A DNA stretch of 64,000 nt from Tubulanus polymorphus (lineage: Eukaryota; Animalia; Nemertea): NCBI RefSeq assembly GCF_964204645.1, contig NC_134025.1:13516001-13580000 (forward strand). Direction: 5' to 3'. The translations under genes were made by a program, and so were the position numbers. The notes beneath the pieces were generated by a model that was not told the DNA's origin, ran no database searches, and worked only from the letters and a program-made list of their open reading frames with translations. The stretch's first letter is position 1. Every line of letters begins with the position of its first letter. Of this stretch, positions 26,664 through 39,400 are shown one piece after another.

Positions 26664-28441
26664 ACATACATAGAGACACTTATTCTAAAATTCAGGACAG
26701 ACCTGTCTCTGTCATTTTTGGTCAGTTTAGAAATTGGTCTATTGTAAAAAGGAATGGACTAATTTGGAACTTTTCACTATGTAGATACTTGGTCCATTCT
26801 GGGAGGGACTGAAATTGCAATGTTCTAAATACTGCAGTGTGAATGCAGCTATGCGCCAATATACGCCATTGATTATGAGACAAAACATCCAAAATTCCTG
26901 TTCTTGTGCCCCATACCATGCCCATGGGCATTTACATGCAAGTTCCATACTTAAGTATTATTGGAAGATAATACGCTAGTTCATAGCATAGTTGGACAAG
27001 TTTCAGATCATTAAACGCATCGATAAAGATTTTCCAATTTCATACTTTGCGTATAACCTAGTATTCTTAACAGCACATACAACTTCACTGATGCACCCAA
27101 TACAGAAGGGTACCGGTCAATAACGATTAATACATCGATGAGATTACCACCATGAACCACTCTCTGCATTTAAACTTATCCCTAGTAACACTTAATCTAC
27201 TTTTCCTCTAGATCAAATCATTCTTGGAATTCGGTCAGTAGAATTTGACAGGGCATGTCAAGCTAGACTATATATATATAAAAAATTCAAGTTTGACAGC
27301 AACCATATCGGAAATTATTTGACACATATCAACAACTAAGTCATACAGCGTTATTTAATGTTTGGTTTTGGTTTTCTGTATTAGCCAGTATACAATAGCC
27401 AGTTTTATTTGAGTGCATAAAGAAATATATTGTTATCTCTCAAAATAAAGGCGTCAACATTCTTAGCAATTTATTGGGGGAGAAGACTTGATGTCTGGTA
27501 TTTTAACCCATTAGCACTCAAGCCACCCATATCCGCCCTGCCTTACTCCTCAAGCCGCCCAAACCCGCCCAGACACTTTTTTCATATGCTGCACAAAAGC
27601 AGTTATAGCAGGATTTCGAACCCAATGGCTTATGATAAACTAGACACCTAATTCTTGAAATATCGAACAGAAATCAACATCCTCCAATTTCAATTTCTTG
27701 AGTATTTCGAGTATGAACATGACAGTCTGAGCGCTCACTTCAAATCTAAATGAGTTTGGATGAATTTTGGGGGCAAAAAGGACACTGATTTCATAAATTC
27801 AAATTGGCATGAATGATGATGATCTTGTCGTACTATCGATGCGAACCATCTCACAATTTACAGCAATAAATGTTAATGGGATACCGGAACTTACAGTGGC
27901 AAGCAAGGATTCAGCGATAGTGGCACTGGATTATCACAATTCAATTTCCTTCTACATTTCAACTAAATTTGAATCGACTTTTCTCATAAGTCAATCAATT
28001 TTCAGTAAAGTCTTTACCATGAGAAAGCGAATCTTATAGCTATCTGATGACTCGTTTGATAATTTTCATATTTGGCATCCTAAATTCAAGTTTAAATTTC
28101 ATTAAAAATGAACTGATTTTCACTATGAATAACCTAGAATTTTGTTGCGCCATCCGGTGAGTGCCGTTATCCCATTACATCGAATCAGCATATTTGACTA
28201 TCAATAAGTACTTGGTGCCAATTTGCTAGCAAAATCAACCAAATTTGTTACAGATGTCAACTTTCGGCCATAAGACAACTCCATCAAGATCAAATGGAAT
28301 AAGCACATAGTATGACAAATAGTAAAAACTAAGTTTGTGGGGCACATAAACTTGATCTATAAGAGGGGAAAATGGCCGACTGTGGTTGGGTGACATGTCT
28401 TTGAGAGCTCCTGCAATTCAGCCAAACCAAACCAAACCAAC

Positions 28442-29472
28442 TTGAAGGATCTACTGAAGCAGAATGATAATAAACCTAACGACGTAAACAAAAGAAATAG
28501 TCAAAAATCAACCAAAATACAAACTACAAATAGTGAAATGTGTGAATCAAAAAATGAATCAGAAAATTGTCTTGAATCAACAATAAATGGGGATTCGATT
28601 GATCCTAATACTGAGGTCTTCATGGAAGAAAATTTGGGAGAAAGCAACAATGATCTAAATCCCAAAAACAAAGGCTCTCGAGGACCTCCTACAAAAAAAC
28701 GGAAGGAGCGTAGCTCGACAGTTGACTCAGATTCATCTGTAGAAAGTAGTCTTTCTTTCTTGTGCAAGTCGGTTGAACTTCTTATATCCAAAATGGATAG
28801 TCTGTCTAACATAAAGTCCGAAATCATAGATCAAATGGAGTTAGTCAAAATCTTGTTTTTAGAACAGAAGAAAGATTGTATGACCTTGAGCAGAAATTTA
28901 TTGAAAAGGACCGAATTATCAATGACTTAAGGTCGGAAAATGCTAATCTGTCGAGAGACTTCAAAAATGAGAATAAGATACTTCATAGTGAAATCACTAA
29001 AGCACGTACTCTTGCGGTAGAAAACAACCAATATTCCCGCAGAAATCACATCAGACTATTCGGAGTATCGGAGAACACCAACGAAAACTGTACAACAGTA
29101 GTCACAGAACTTCTAAATGAAAAATCATCTCTTGCAAAAGAATTAGTAGCACAGGATATAGAAGTTGCTCACCGCGTGAAATCCAAAAATTCACACTATG
29201 ACACTTCTGGGAAAGAATATCCAAATGGAATCTTAGTTCGGTTTGTAAATCGCAACATGAGAGATGACATAATAAGTAAGCGTTTGCAACTGAAAGGTAC
29301 AGGAATCAACATTCGTGAGGACCTGTGTCCTGAAATCGCCAGCCTAGTTAACCGCGCTAGAAATTCGAAGCTATTTACCCGTATATGGACTATTAAGGGA
29401 AAATTCTATGGACTGAAAAAGAACGTTTACAGTTGTATCAGTCCTTTAGTTAGATATATCGCCGTGCACTAG
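28442..29472 (+). pseudogene. LINE ORF1p (coiled coil + L1-type RRM), frameshifted near 28860-28880
   Basis: NQYSRRNHIRLFGVSE, DIEVAHRV, ILVRF and INIREDL are typical ORF1 motifs. The sequence is split over two overlapping ORFs. Confidence 0.85.
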
Positions 29473-30110
29473 ATTTAATTTATTGACTGTATAGTGTGTG
29501 ATATCAGTTCGAACTAATTCATAACTTAATACGTATTCAATCTGGATTTTACAGCTTCGAATCGACCAATTGATAATATATATATATATTCATATTTTTG
29601 AATATCGGATGAATAGACTTGTATGGTTTCGTTTTTATTCATGACTCGTATGAATTACTATTCGTATAACATACAATTTTCGTATTGGATTGCTTGATTG
29701 GATTTATTCGCTTCAACATGAACAAGTAACGCGCAGTATTTAAGTTTGTCAGTATCATATCATATGCCCTGAACTTTCTGGATAAAGGGACATTTATTCC
29801 TGATTAGATTCTATCCTTGCCAAATTTCCTAATTAAAGCTGCATTTATAAATTTTCTAAGTAAAGCTGCATTCATTACGTTATTTATTTTTCTTTTTTCT
29901 TTCTTTCTAACATTTTTTTTTTTTGTATGAATTTTTCAAATCTATTTATATATATTTTTGTCTTCAAATTATGGGTAGGATTGTTTTGTTCCAATATGTA
30001 CTATCAGGTTAATTATCTATATTCTGATGTTCTTAGCGTGCATGTTAGTCATAATTCATTATTAAATAGGGGTTTATTATATTATAAGTAAGCAATGTAT
30101 TTGATTATTC

Positions 30111-33022
30111 ATGGATGATTTTACGACAATTGAATCAAACTGTAACTATTATGATAACTTGTCCTCATTTGAAAAAGCTAGGTTTTCAATAATACATTGT
30201 AACATAAGAAGTTTGAATAGTAACTTTGAAAATCTAAAGATATATCTAAACTCTCTAAATTATAATTTTTCTATTATTGGTATTTCTGAAACATGGACCT
30301 CGTCTGATCATGATAATGATTGTATGTACAATTTAGATAATTATACAGGTATTTTTAATAGTAGAACTAATGTACAGGGAGGAGGTGTTGCCCTCTATAT
30401 CCACAAATCGGTTAAGCACAGGTTAATTGATGAATTTTCCCTTGTAACCCAAGTGTTTGAAAGCCTTTTTATTGAAATTACAATTCCTGAAGACAGCTCA
30501 AAATGTATTGGACTTATTTATTGCCCACCTGATCAGAGTATTATACATTTTAATTTGAATTTTGCACCTATTTTAGAAAAAATAAGAAAATCTCAAAAGT
30601 GTTTTATCATGGGTGATTTCAATATTGATCTATTGAAAGTAGACTCACATAACCCTACCAATGATTATTTGTCTTTATGGTTGTCAAATAATCTTCAACC
30701 TTTAATTGATAAAGCAACTCGTATTTCGAAATCCTCTGCGACCTGTATTGATCATATATTTTCCAATATTACATTAAATTTTGACATCTTATCTGGTGTA
30801 TTAAGGCATTATATTTCAGACCATTTTCCTGTATTTTTTGTTATTCCTAACATAAGGCATACATGTAACTCTGTTAAAACTGTACAGTATCGAATGATGT
30901 CAAATTTTGCTATTGCTTCCTTTAAACATAAACTAATGACAGTAGATTGGAGTAATGTTTTGAATGAAAATTACCCAAATTTGGCTTACTCTTTATTCTT
31001 TAATACTTTTATAAAATATTATGATGAATTCCTTCCTGTTATATCTCGAAAGTTTCTTCTTTACAAAGATAAAAAACATCCTTGGGTTTCAAAAGGTTTA
31101 CTAAACTCATTAAAACAAAAGGACCGTTTATATAAAAGATACGTTTCTACCCATAGATAACATGATAGAAAGGTATACACTAGATATAGAAATATTTACA
31201 ATACTTGTATTCGAACAGCCAAAAAAATGTACTATCAAAATTTGTTCAAGGATGCGCAGTGCCTAAAAGATACATGGAATATAATAAACAACCTTATCAA
31301 AAAGTCAAATGACAGAAATTATCCTAATAATTTCAAACACAAGGACATATTTTATTCTAATGATTTTTCTATTGCTAATGGTTTTAATACATATTTTGCT
31401 AATGTCGGACCGAATTTAGACAAAAATATTCCATCCACAAATGAGTCATTTTCTGATTTTTTGGGACCTTCGCATCTTAATAATCAATCTTTAATGCCAT
31501 CATCTCCTTTTGAAATTGAAAAAATTGTATTAAGTCTTAATAATAAAAATAGTGCTGGACATGATGGTATAAGCCAGAAAGTTTTAAAGGAGGTTATTGA
31601 TGTTATTTCTATCCCGCTTTGTCACATCTTCAACAGAAGTATGTCTACAGGTATTGTACCGGAGTTGTTGAAAAAATCTAAGATAATCCCTTTATTCAAA
31701 TCAGGAGACCCCCAGGAATTAACTAACTACAGACCCATTTCTGTTTTACCTTGCATTTCAAAAATACTTGAAAAATTAGTATATAATAGGCTTCTAAATT
31801 ACTTGGATAAATATAAAATTATCTCTCCTCAACAGTTTGGCTTTATAAAATTATTCCACCTACATGGCTATTATGCTAACCATTGACAAAATTATTAGTA
31901 GTTAGACAATGGTATGTCAACCATTGGTGTATATTTAGATCATTCACGGGCCTTTGATACTGTAAACCATGATATTTTATTGTATAAACTTTTTCATTAT
32001 GGAATCAGAGGAGTAGCTTTAACTTGGTTTGAAAACTACATAAAGAATAGGTTTCAAACGGTCTCTTTTAATGGAACTGTATCTAATCTTACATCCGTTC
32101 CTTGCGGAGTTCCTCAAGGCTCGATTTTGGGCCCTATTCTTTTCATTATATATATATTAATGATATTGATAAAGCCTCAAATATGTTGAATTTTACTATG
32201 TTTGCTGATGATACTAATGTTTTCACAAGTCATGAAAACATCAAAACTCTTACCAACTCTGTTAATTTTGAATTACATAAATTAAATATATGGTTTCGTG
32301 CGAACTGACTTTCTTTAAATTTTAAAAAGACTCATTTTATGTTTTTCAGTAGAGCAAAACTTAAACAAACTTTGCTTATAAATATTGATAACATTCCCAT
32401 AACCCAGGTTAAAGAAACAACATTTTTAGGTCTACAAATTGATGATAAACTATCTTGGAAATCGCATATTAATCTTATATCTATAAAGTTAGCCCGATTC
32501 ATTGGTATCATCAGCAAATGCAGTTATTTTTTGTCCAAAGAAACGTTATTACAGATATATCATTCATTTATATATTGTCACTTATCATATTGTAACATCA
32601 TTTGGGGTAATACATATCAAGCTTCCCTTGATTGTCTGGTTAAATTACAAAAGAGAGCAATTCGTATGATTTGTAAAGTAGATTACTTAGCCCATACCTC
32701 CCCCTTATACAAAGCGAACAAAATCTTAAAATTAAATGATATCAATTTTTGGCAAAGTGGACAGATTATGTATCTTTATACGAATAACAAACTACCTGAT
32801 GTTTTCAAAAATTTCTTCCCTCCATTTGTGACTATGCAACGTACTCGATTTGATAGCAACAGAAATATTAGATATGAACAGTTTAAATCGAACTTAAAAA
32901 AATCTTCTATAAAAGTAAATGGACCCAAAATTTGGAATAGTTTATCACTTCATTTAAAAACCCTGCCATCCATCAAAAGCTTTAAAACACATTTAAAGGA
33001 CAAATTGCTTTCTTCCTATTGA
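30111..33022 (+). pseudogene. LINE ORF2p: APE endonuclease + reverse transcriptase, disrupted
   Basis: APE motifs HCNIRSL, GISETW, MGDFNIDL, CIDHIF, SDHFPV. RT motifs NYRPIS, QFGF, RAFDTVNH, GVPQGSILGP, FADD. In-frame stops at 31158 and 32306, and frameshifts near 31845, 31900 and 32150. Confidence 0.95.
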
Positions 33023-33393
33023 TTAGATACATACAGATTTTTTGATGACCCGCATTAAATTTTTTATGAATTTTGCAGTAAGTTACTTTTCAGATAGTAC
33101 ATTTTTGTATGTGTGAGAGAGTGCATGGAAGTATGAATGAATCTTTTTTCTTTTTCTAATGTAACACTTTTTTTGGGGTGGTATATCCTACAAGCTATGC
33201 TTTTTTACATCTTCCCCTCTGATAAATTATGTCAATTTATACTGAATTTGTGCAAAAACATGATAATTTATAAATTGTATATTATTTGTTATAAATTGCT
33301 ATAATTTTCAGAAAATAAATAATAATAATAATAAATATAGCTGCAAAGCAGCGATAACGGGTTTTCTGCACAGTCTTAAAATCCTGTTCAACG

Positions 33394-33676
33394 GTGGATT
33401 TCGACAAAGCATTTGATAAGGCACAACATCAGCCAATACTAAACAGGCTATTAGGAAACAGTATCAATGATAGGTCGCCCAAATGGCTCAGCAGTTATCT
33501 CTGAACGAAAACTTGTAGCCGAAATCAACGGAACGCCTCACCTTGGAATAAGTCGGTCAAACTAGTGGAGTCACGCAAGGTAGTATCCTACGTTGTCTTC
33601 TGTTTAATGTCCTGACAAATGACATACACAGTAATCCAACATATATCAGACCGAGTAAATTTCCAAATCGACCTTA
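33394..33676 (+). pseudogene. Decayed CR1 RT fragment
   Basis: Manual translation gives VDFDKAFDKAQHQPILNRL, KWLSSYL, TSGVTQGSIL and FQIDL. Confidence 0.8.
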
Positions 33677-34708
33677 ACACGCTGTTCGCCCAAAAAACTT
33701 AATGTTCCAACAAGAAAATCTTGTTCTAATGAAAATAATTCTGTTTGATCGAACAATACGCTTTTTGCTTGAACCAAAAATTTTCTTCATTCTGACAAAA
33801 AATGTGTTTGAATAAAAAGCTATGTTATTGTTGAAATGAAAAATTTTTAGTCCCGGAAAAAAAATTTGGTTGAGCGAAAACAATTTTTTCGAACGAATGT
33901 TTGAATGAAAACAATTCTGTTCGATTGAACGAAATACTTAATACTTTCGGTTCGAAGAAAAAACTTTTTTCAATATACTTGTTCGAACGAAAAACTTAAT
34001 GTTCTGACAAGAAAATTCTGTTCAAATTAAAACGATTCTGTTCAATTGAACGATTGTTCGAACGAAAAACCTTTCGTTTGGACAAAAAAAAGTTTGTTCA
34101 ACTTTGTTCTAACGATTTTTTCAAATTGGTTCATTCGTATAGAATATTATTGGTTCGAAAGAAATAAATTTTGTTCCAACGAAAGAATTTTCAAGCGAAA
34201 GGTCTTTTGAACGAAAAAAAAAGATATTTCTGGTGCTCCGCAGTAACTTGAAGCCGGACGTAGGTTGGTCTTGTGACACGATGCGATCCTCGCGTTGCAT
34301 CGCAAGTTTCGGTGCAAGTCGGTTGCAATACGATTGTGTGCGACTAGTTTCTGCCAGTTGCAAGAGCGCGTCGGTTGGTTGTGACAGTCATGTCGCGTCG
34401 CAGAAAGTAGAACACGTACGACTCCATGTGACTGGCGTTGCTGAAAGATGAGGACGCCAGTGATATGACGACTGAGTTTCAAGTCGTCAAAAAGTCACGA
34501 TATGTCGACATATTCATGTCGACTTGATGTGATATATCGCGATATATCGACATAAATATGGCGACTTGTCGAGTTAGAACGCGACAACTCGAGGCCCTTT
34601 ATCGCTTCCGTAGATCTTTCATTAAGTAGGATCACTTGGATGATCGCTTTAATATCACTTTAAAAAAAAAGAATCTGCCAAAATGACCTTAATATTCGAC
34701 ACTATATC

Positions 34709-35073
34709 TACGGAAACGATAAGGGTTCCAACTCGATAAGTCGCCATATTTATGTCGACATACCGCGATATATCGCGTCAAGTCGACATGAATATGTTTT
34801 CTCGACCATTTTCCTCGCGACAAGTCGACATATTCATGACGACTTGAAACTCAGTCGTCATATTACTGGCGTCCTCATCTTACCTTTAGACATGTCTTCA
34901 AATGACGGCTTGTCCCGTGGAAAATGAGCAAAAATGCGAAATTTGTCGTGAAAACGTCACGATATGTAGACATATTCATGTGGACTTGACGCGATATATC
35001 GCAACATATCGACATAAATATGGCGACTTGTCGAGTTTGAACGCGACACTCGAGGCCCTTTATCGCTTCCGTA
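34709..35073. mobile_element. Foldback MITE with TACGG...CCGTA termini (IS3EU-like)
   Basis: ~90-bp imperfect TIRs with CTATATC duplicated on both flanks. Partial copies at about 34445-34612 and 48849-49075. Confidence 0.75.
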
Positions 35074-35159
35074 CTATATCAGATTAATCAACTTCAAAAA
35101 AGGCGAAATCATGTCTTTACTACATTATTAATTGGCCTAATTATTCAAAAGCTAATAAA

Positions 35160-36878
35160 GTGGGCGACAAAACCAAAAAAATTAATTGTTGCGGGCGATA
35201 AAACCAAAATAATCAATTGTCGCGGGCGATAAAACCAGAATAATCAATTGTCGTGGGCGATAAAACCAAAATCTTGAATTGTCGCGGGCGATAAAACCAA
35301 AATCTTGAATTGTCGCGGGCGTCAAAACCAAAATGTTGAATTGTCGCGGGCGACAAAACAAATATAATGAATTGTCGTGGGCGATAAAATCAAAATAATG
35401 AATTTTTGCAGGCGATAAAACCAAAATCTGGAATTGTCGCGGGCGACAAAACCAAAATATTGAATTGTCGCGGGCGACAAAACCAAACTAATGAATTGTT
35501 GCGGGCGATTACACCAAAACAATGAATTGTCGCGGGCGATTAAACCAAAATAATGAATCGTCGCTGGCGAAAAACCAAAATATTGAATTGTCGCAGGCGA
35601 TAAAACCGCGACAAAAAAAAAATTGTCGCGGGCGATAAAACCAAAATAATGAATTGTCGCGTGCGACAAAACCAAAATAATGAATTGTCACGGGCGATTA
35701 AACCAAAATCTGGTATTGTCGCGGGCGACAAAACCAAAATATTGAATTGTCCAGGCGACAAAACCAAACTAATGAATTGTTGCGGGCGATTAAACCAAAT
35801 TAATGAATTGTCGCGGGCGATAAAACCAAAATCTTGAATTGTCGCGGGCGATAAAACCAAAATCTTGAATTGTCGCGGGCGTCAAAACCAAAATGTTGAA
35901 TTGTCGCGGGCGACAAAACAAATATAATGAATTGTCGTGGGCGATAAAATCAAAATAATGAATTTTTGCAGGCGATAAAACCAAAATCTGGAATTGTCGC
36001 GGGCGACAAAACCAAAATATTGAATTGTCGCGGGCGACAAAACCAAACTAATGAATTGTTGCGGGCGATTACACCAAAACAATGAATTGTCGCGGGCGAT
36101 TAAACCAAAATAATGAATCGTCGCTGGCGAAAAACCAAAATATTGAATTGTCGCAGGCGATAAAACCGCGACAAAAAAAAAATTGTCGCGGGCGATAAAA
36201 CCAAAATAATGAATTGTCGCGTGCGACAAAACCAAAATAATGAATTGTCACGGGCGATTAAACCAAAATCTGGTATTGTCGCGGGCGACAAAACCAAAAT
36301 ATTGAATTGTCCAGGCGACAAAACCAAACTAATGAATTGTTGCGGGCGATTAAACCAAATTAATGAATTGTCGCGGGCGATAAAACCAAAATAATGAATT
36401 GTCTCGGGTGATAAAACCAAAATAATGAATTGTCGCGGGCGACAAAACCAAAATAATTAATTGTCGCGGGCGACAAAACCAAAATAATGAATTATCGCGG
36501 GCGATAAAAGCAAAATATTGAATTGTCGCGGGTGATAAAACCAAAATAATGAATTGTCGCGGGCAACAAAACCAAAATATTGATTTGTCGCGGGCGACGA
36601 AACCAAAAAAAAAATTGTCGCGGGTGACAAAAACAAAGTATAAAACCAAAATAATGAATTGTCGCGGGCGTCACAACCAAAAACAAGAATTGTCGCAGGC
36701 GACAAAACCAAAATAATGAATTGTCGCTGGAGATAAAACCAAAGTAATGAATTGTCGTGGGCGATAAAACCAAAATATTGAATTGTCGCGGGCGACGAAA
36801 CCAAACTAATGAATTGTCACGGGCGACAAAACCCAAAAAAGAATTGTCGGGGCGACAAAACCAAAATAATGAATTGTC
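35160..36878. repeat. 31-bp minisatellite, left arm, with a 560-bp higher-order duplication
   Basis: Unit AATTGTCGCGGGCGA(T/C)AAAACCAAAATAATG. Identical ORF translations are offset by exactly 560 bp. Confidence 0.95.
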
Positions 36879-38254
36879 AACAATCTAACAATTTCAATAC
36901 ATAACGCCCTCTAGTGACCATATACAAAAACCAATGACCTTGAAACCCACCACAATCATAGAACATGTGAGCAGCTATGATTTTGTAATTGATTGTGATA
37001 ACAAAATATGCCTCGTTACCAATTTAATATGGAAATACTAAGTTATTCTACTATTCAACGCCCCTGGTGACCATATGCAAAACCCAATGACCTTAAAACT
37101 CACCACAATCGTAGTACATGTCATGAAATACAACTTTGCAATTGATCATAGTAACAAAATATGATGCCTAGGTACCAATCTAATAAAGAAATTCTAAGCC
37201 ATTCTACTATTCAACGCCCCCTGGTGACTATATGGAATAACTTATGTCCTTAAGAACTCACCACAATCATAGACGATGTCATGATCTACAACTTTGCAAT
37301 GGATCATGGTAACAAACTATGCCTAGGTACCAATCTAATAAGGAAAAACTAAGCTTTTCTACTATTCAACGCCCCCTGGTGACTATATGGAATAACTAAT
37401 GTCCTTAAAAACTCACCACGATCATAGACGATGTCATGAACTACAACTTTGCAATCGATCATGGTAACAAAATATGCCTTGGTACAAATAAAATATAGCG
37501 ATACTAAGTTATTGTATTATTCAACGCCCCCTGATGGCCACATACTAAAACCAATGACCTTGAAACTCACCAAAATCATAGAACACGTTATGGGCTACAA
37601 CTTTCCAATTGAATATAGTAACACAATATGCTTAGGTATCAATTTAATGTGGAAAAACTTTTTCCCACCTACGAATGAGTACTGATGACACCAAAATGGC
37701 CGCCAATGGCCGCCAATTGCGTCATAATTGGCTGATCAAAAATACCAGTCCCAGGTATAAAACATCCCTCTCTAAAGAATACCCATCAGCAGTTGCAATG
37801 AGAAATGGCAAACTAGTAGGAAGCTACAGGACCTAGAATTCTGGCCAAAATTGACATTTTTGGGCACTAAAAAGGTCATAGGACGGCCATCTTGAGTCAG
37901 ATCGACCCAATTTTCTTATGCTGATGGGCCTTTGGTAGATTCAAATATAAAAGAAAGATTAAGGTAATTGATCAAAGCGTCTTCAAAATTTCCCCATGAA
38001 AACTTCGAAAATGTTTAAAAAGTGCTGATTTTGGCAAACAACAATGGCTGCCAGTCGGCCATCTTGAATCTGACAGGGCCAGTTTTTGGGCTGACGATGT
38101 GTCTAGGGTAGATGTATAAACCAAATATCAAGACATTACCTTGAAGCGTCTTCAAAACTTCCCAAAATAACTGGATTCCGTCTATGGACGGACGGACGGA
38201 CGAAAAGTGAACACAATAGCCCGCTGGGACTAAAGTCCCAAGTGGACTGAAAAA
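36879..38254 (-). mobile_element. HINE family A, copy 3 (five repeats; left terminus missing), inside the minisatellite
   Basis: Units start at about 36901, 37055, 37211, 37366 and 37521. GGAC microsatellite and terminal hairpin GGGACT-AA-AGTCCC are present. Confidence 0.85.
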
Positions 38255-39400
38255 GAATTGTCGCGGGCGACAAAACCAAACTAATGAATTGTCGCGGGTG
38301 ATAAAACCAAAATATTGAATTGTCGCGGGCGACAAAACCAAACTAATGAATTGTCGCGGGCGATAAAACCAAACTAATGAATTGTCGCGGGTGATAAAAC
38401 CAAAATATTGAATTGTCGCGGGCGACAAAACCAAAAAAAAAATTGTCGCGGGCGACAAAGACAAAGAATAAAACCAAAATAATGAATTGTCGCAGGCGTC
38501 AAAACCAAAAACAAGAATTGTCGCGGGCGACAAAACCAAAATAATGAATTGTCGCTGGAGATAAAACCAAAGTAATGAATTGTCGTGGGCGATAAAACCA
38601 AAATAATGAATTGTCTCGGGCGACAAAACCAAAAAAAAAATTGTCGCGGGCGACAAAGACAAAGAATAAAACCAAAATAATGAATTGTCGCAGGAGTCAA
38701 AACCAAAAACAAGAATTGTCGCGGGCGACAAAACCAAAATAATGAATTGTCGCGGGCGATAAAACCGTAATAATGAATTGTCGCGGGCGATAAAACCAAA
38801 ATAATGAATTTTCTCAGGCGACAAAACCAAAATAATGAATTGTCGCTGGAGATAAAACCAAAGTAATGAATTGTCGTGGGCGATAAAACCAAAATAATGA
38901 ATTGTCTCGGGCGACAAAACCAAAAAAAAAATTGTCGCGGGCGACAAAGACAAAGAATAAAACCAAAATAATGAATTGTCGCAGGAGTCAAAACCAAAAA
39001 CAAGAATTGTCGCGGGCGACAAAACCAAAATAATGAATTGTCGCGGGCGATAAAACCGTAATAATGAATTGTCGCGGGCGATAAAACCAAAATAATGAAT
39101 TTTCTCAGGCGACAAAACCAAAATAATGAATTATCGCGGGCGATAAAACCAAGATATTGAATTGTCGCAGGCGATAAAAACAAAATATAAAACCAAAATA
39201 ATGAATTGTCATGGGCGACAAAAACAAAATATAAAACCAAAATAATGAATTGTCGCGGGCGACAAAACCAAAAAGAAGAATTGTCGGGGGCGAAAAAACC
39301 AAAATAATGCATTGTCGCTGGCGATAAAACCAAAGTAATGAATTGTCGTGGGCAATAAAACCAAAATAATGAATCGTCGCGGGCGACAAAATCAAAATCA
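38255..39400. repeat. 31-bp minisatellite, right arm, with a 291-bp higher-order duplication
   Basis: Variant GTCGCTGGAG occurs at 38551 and 38842. The array is followed by terminus-like CAGCCACCATA ending at 39491. Confidence 0.95.

Larger units (their letters stand above)
28364..33334 (+). mobile_element. Near full-length CR1-group (L2/Crack/Daphne-like) LINE
   Basis: 5' leader AAAATGGCCGAC...GAGCTCC, ORF1, ~640-bp spacer, APE-RT ORF2, 3' UTR, then AATAAA and an (AAT)n tail at 33314-33334. Confidence 0.93.

Noticed and set aside
28501-28827. 108-aa antisense ORF
   Set aside because: It is a shadow of LINE ORF1 with no independent motifs.
33394-33676. Continuation or tandem copy of the adjacent LINE
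   Set aside because: It lies beyond the (AAT)n tail and a HINE end, is far more decayed, and matches 47923-48260 instead.
35160-39400. CRISPR-like array of palindromic repeats
   Set aside because: The intervening sequences are near-identical rather than unique spacers, there are no cas genes, and the context is eukaryotic.
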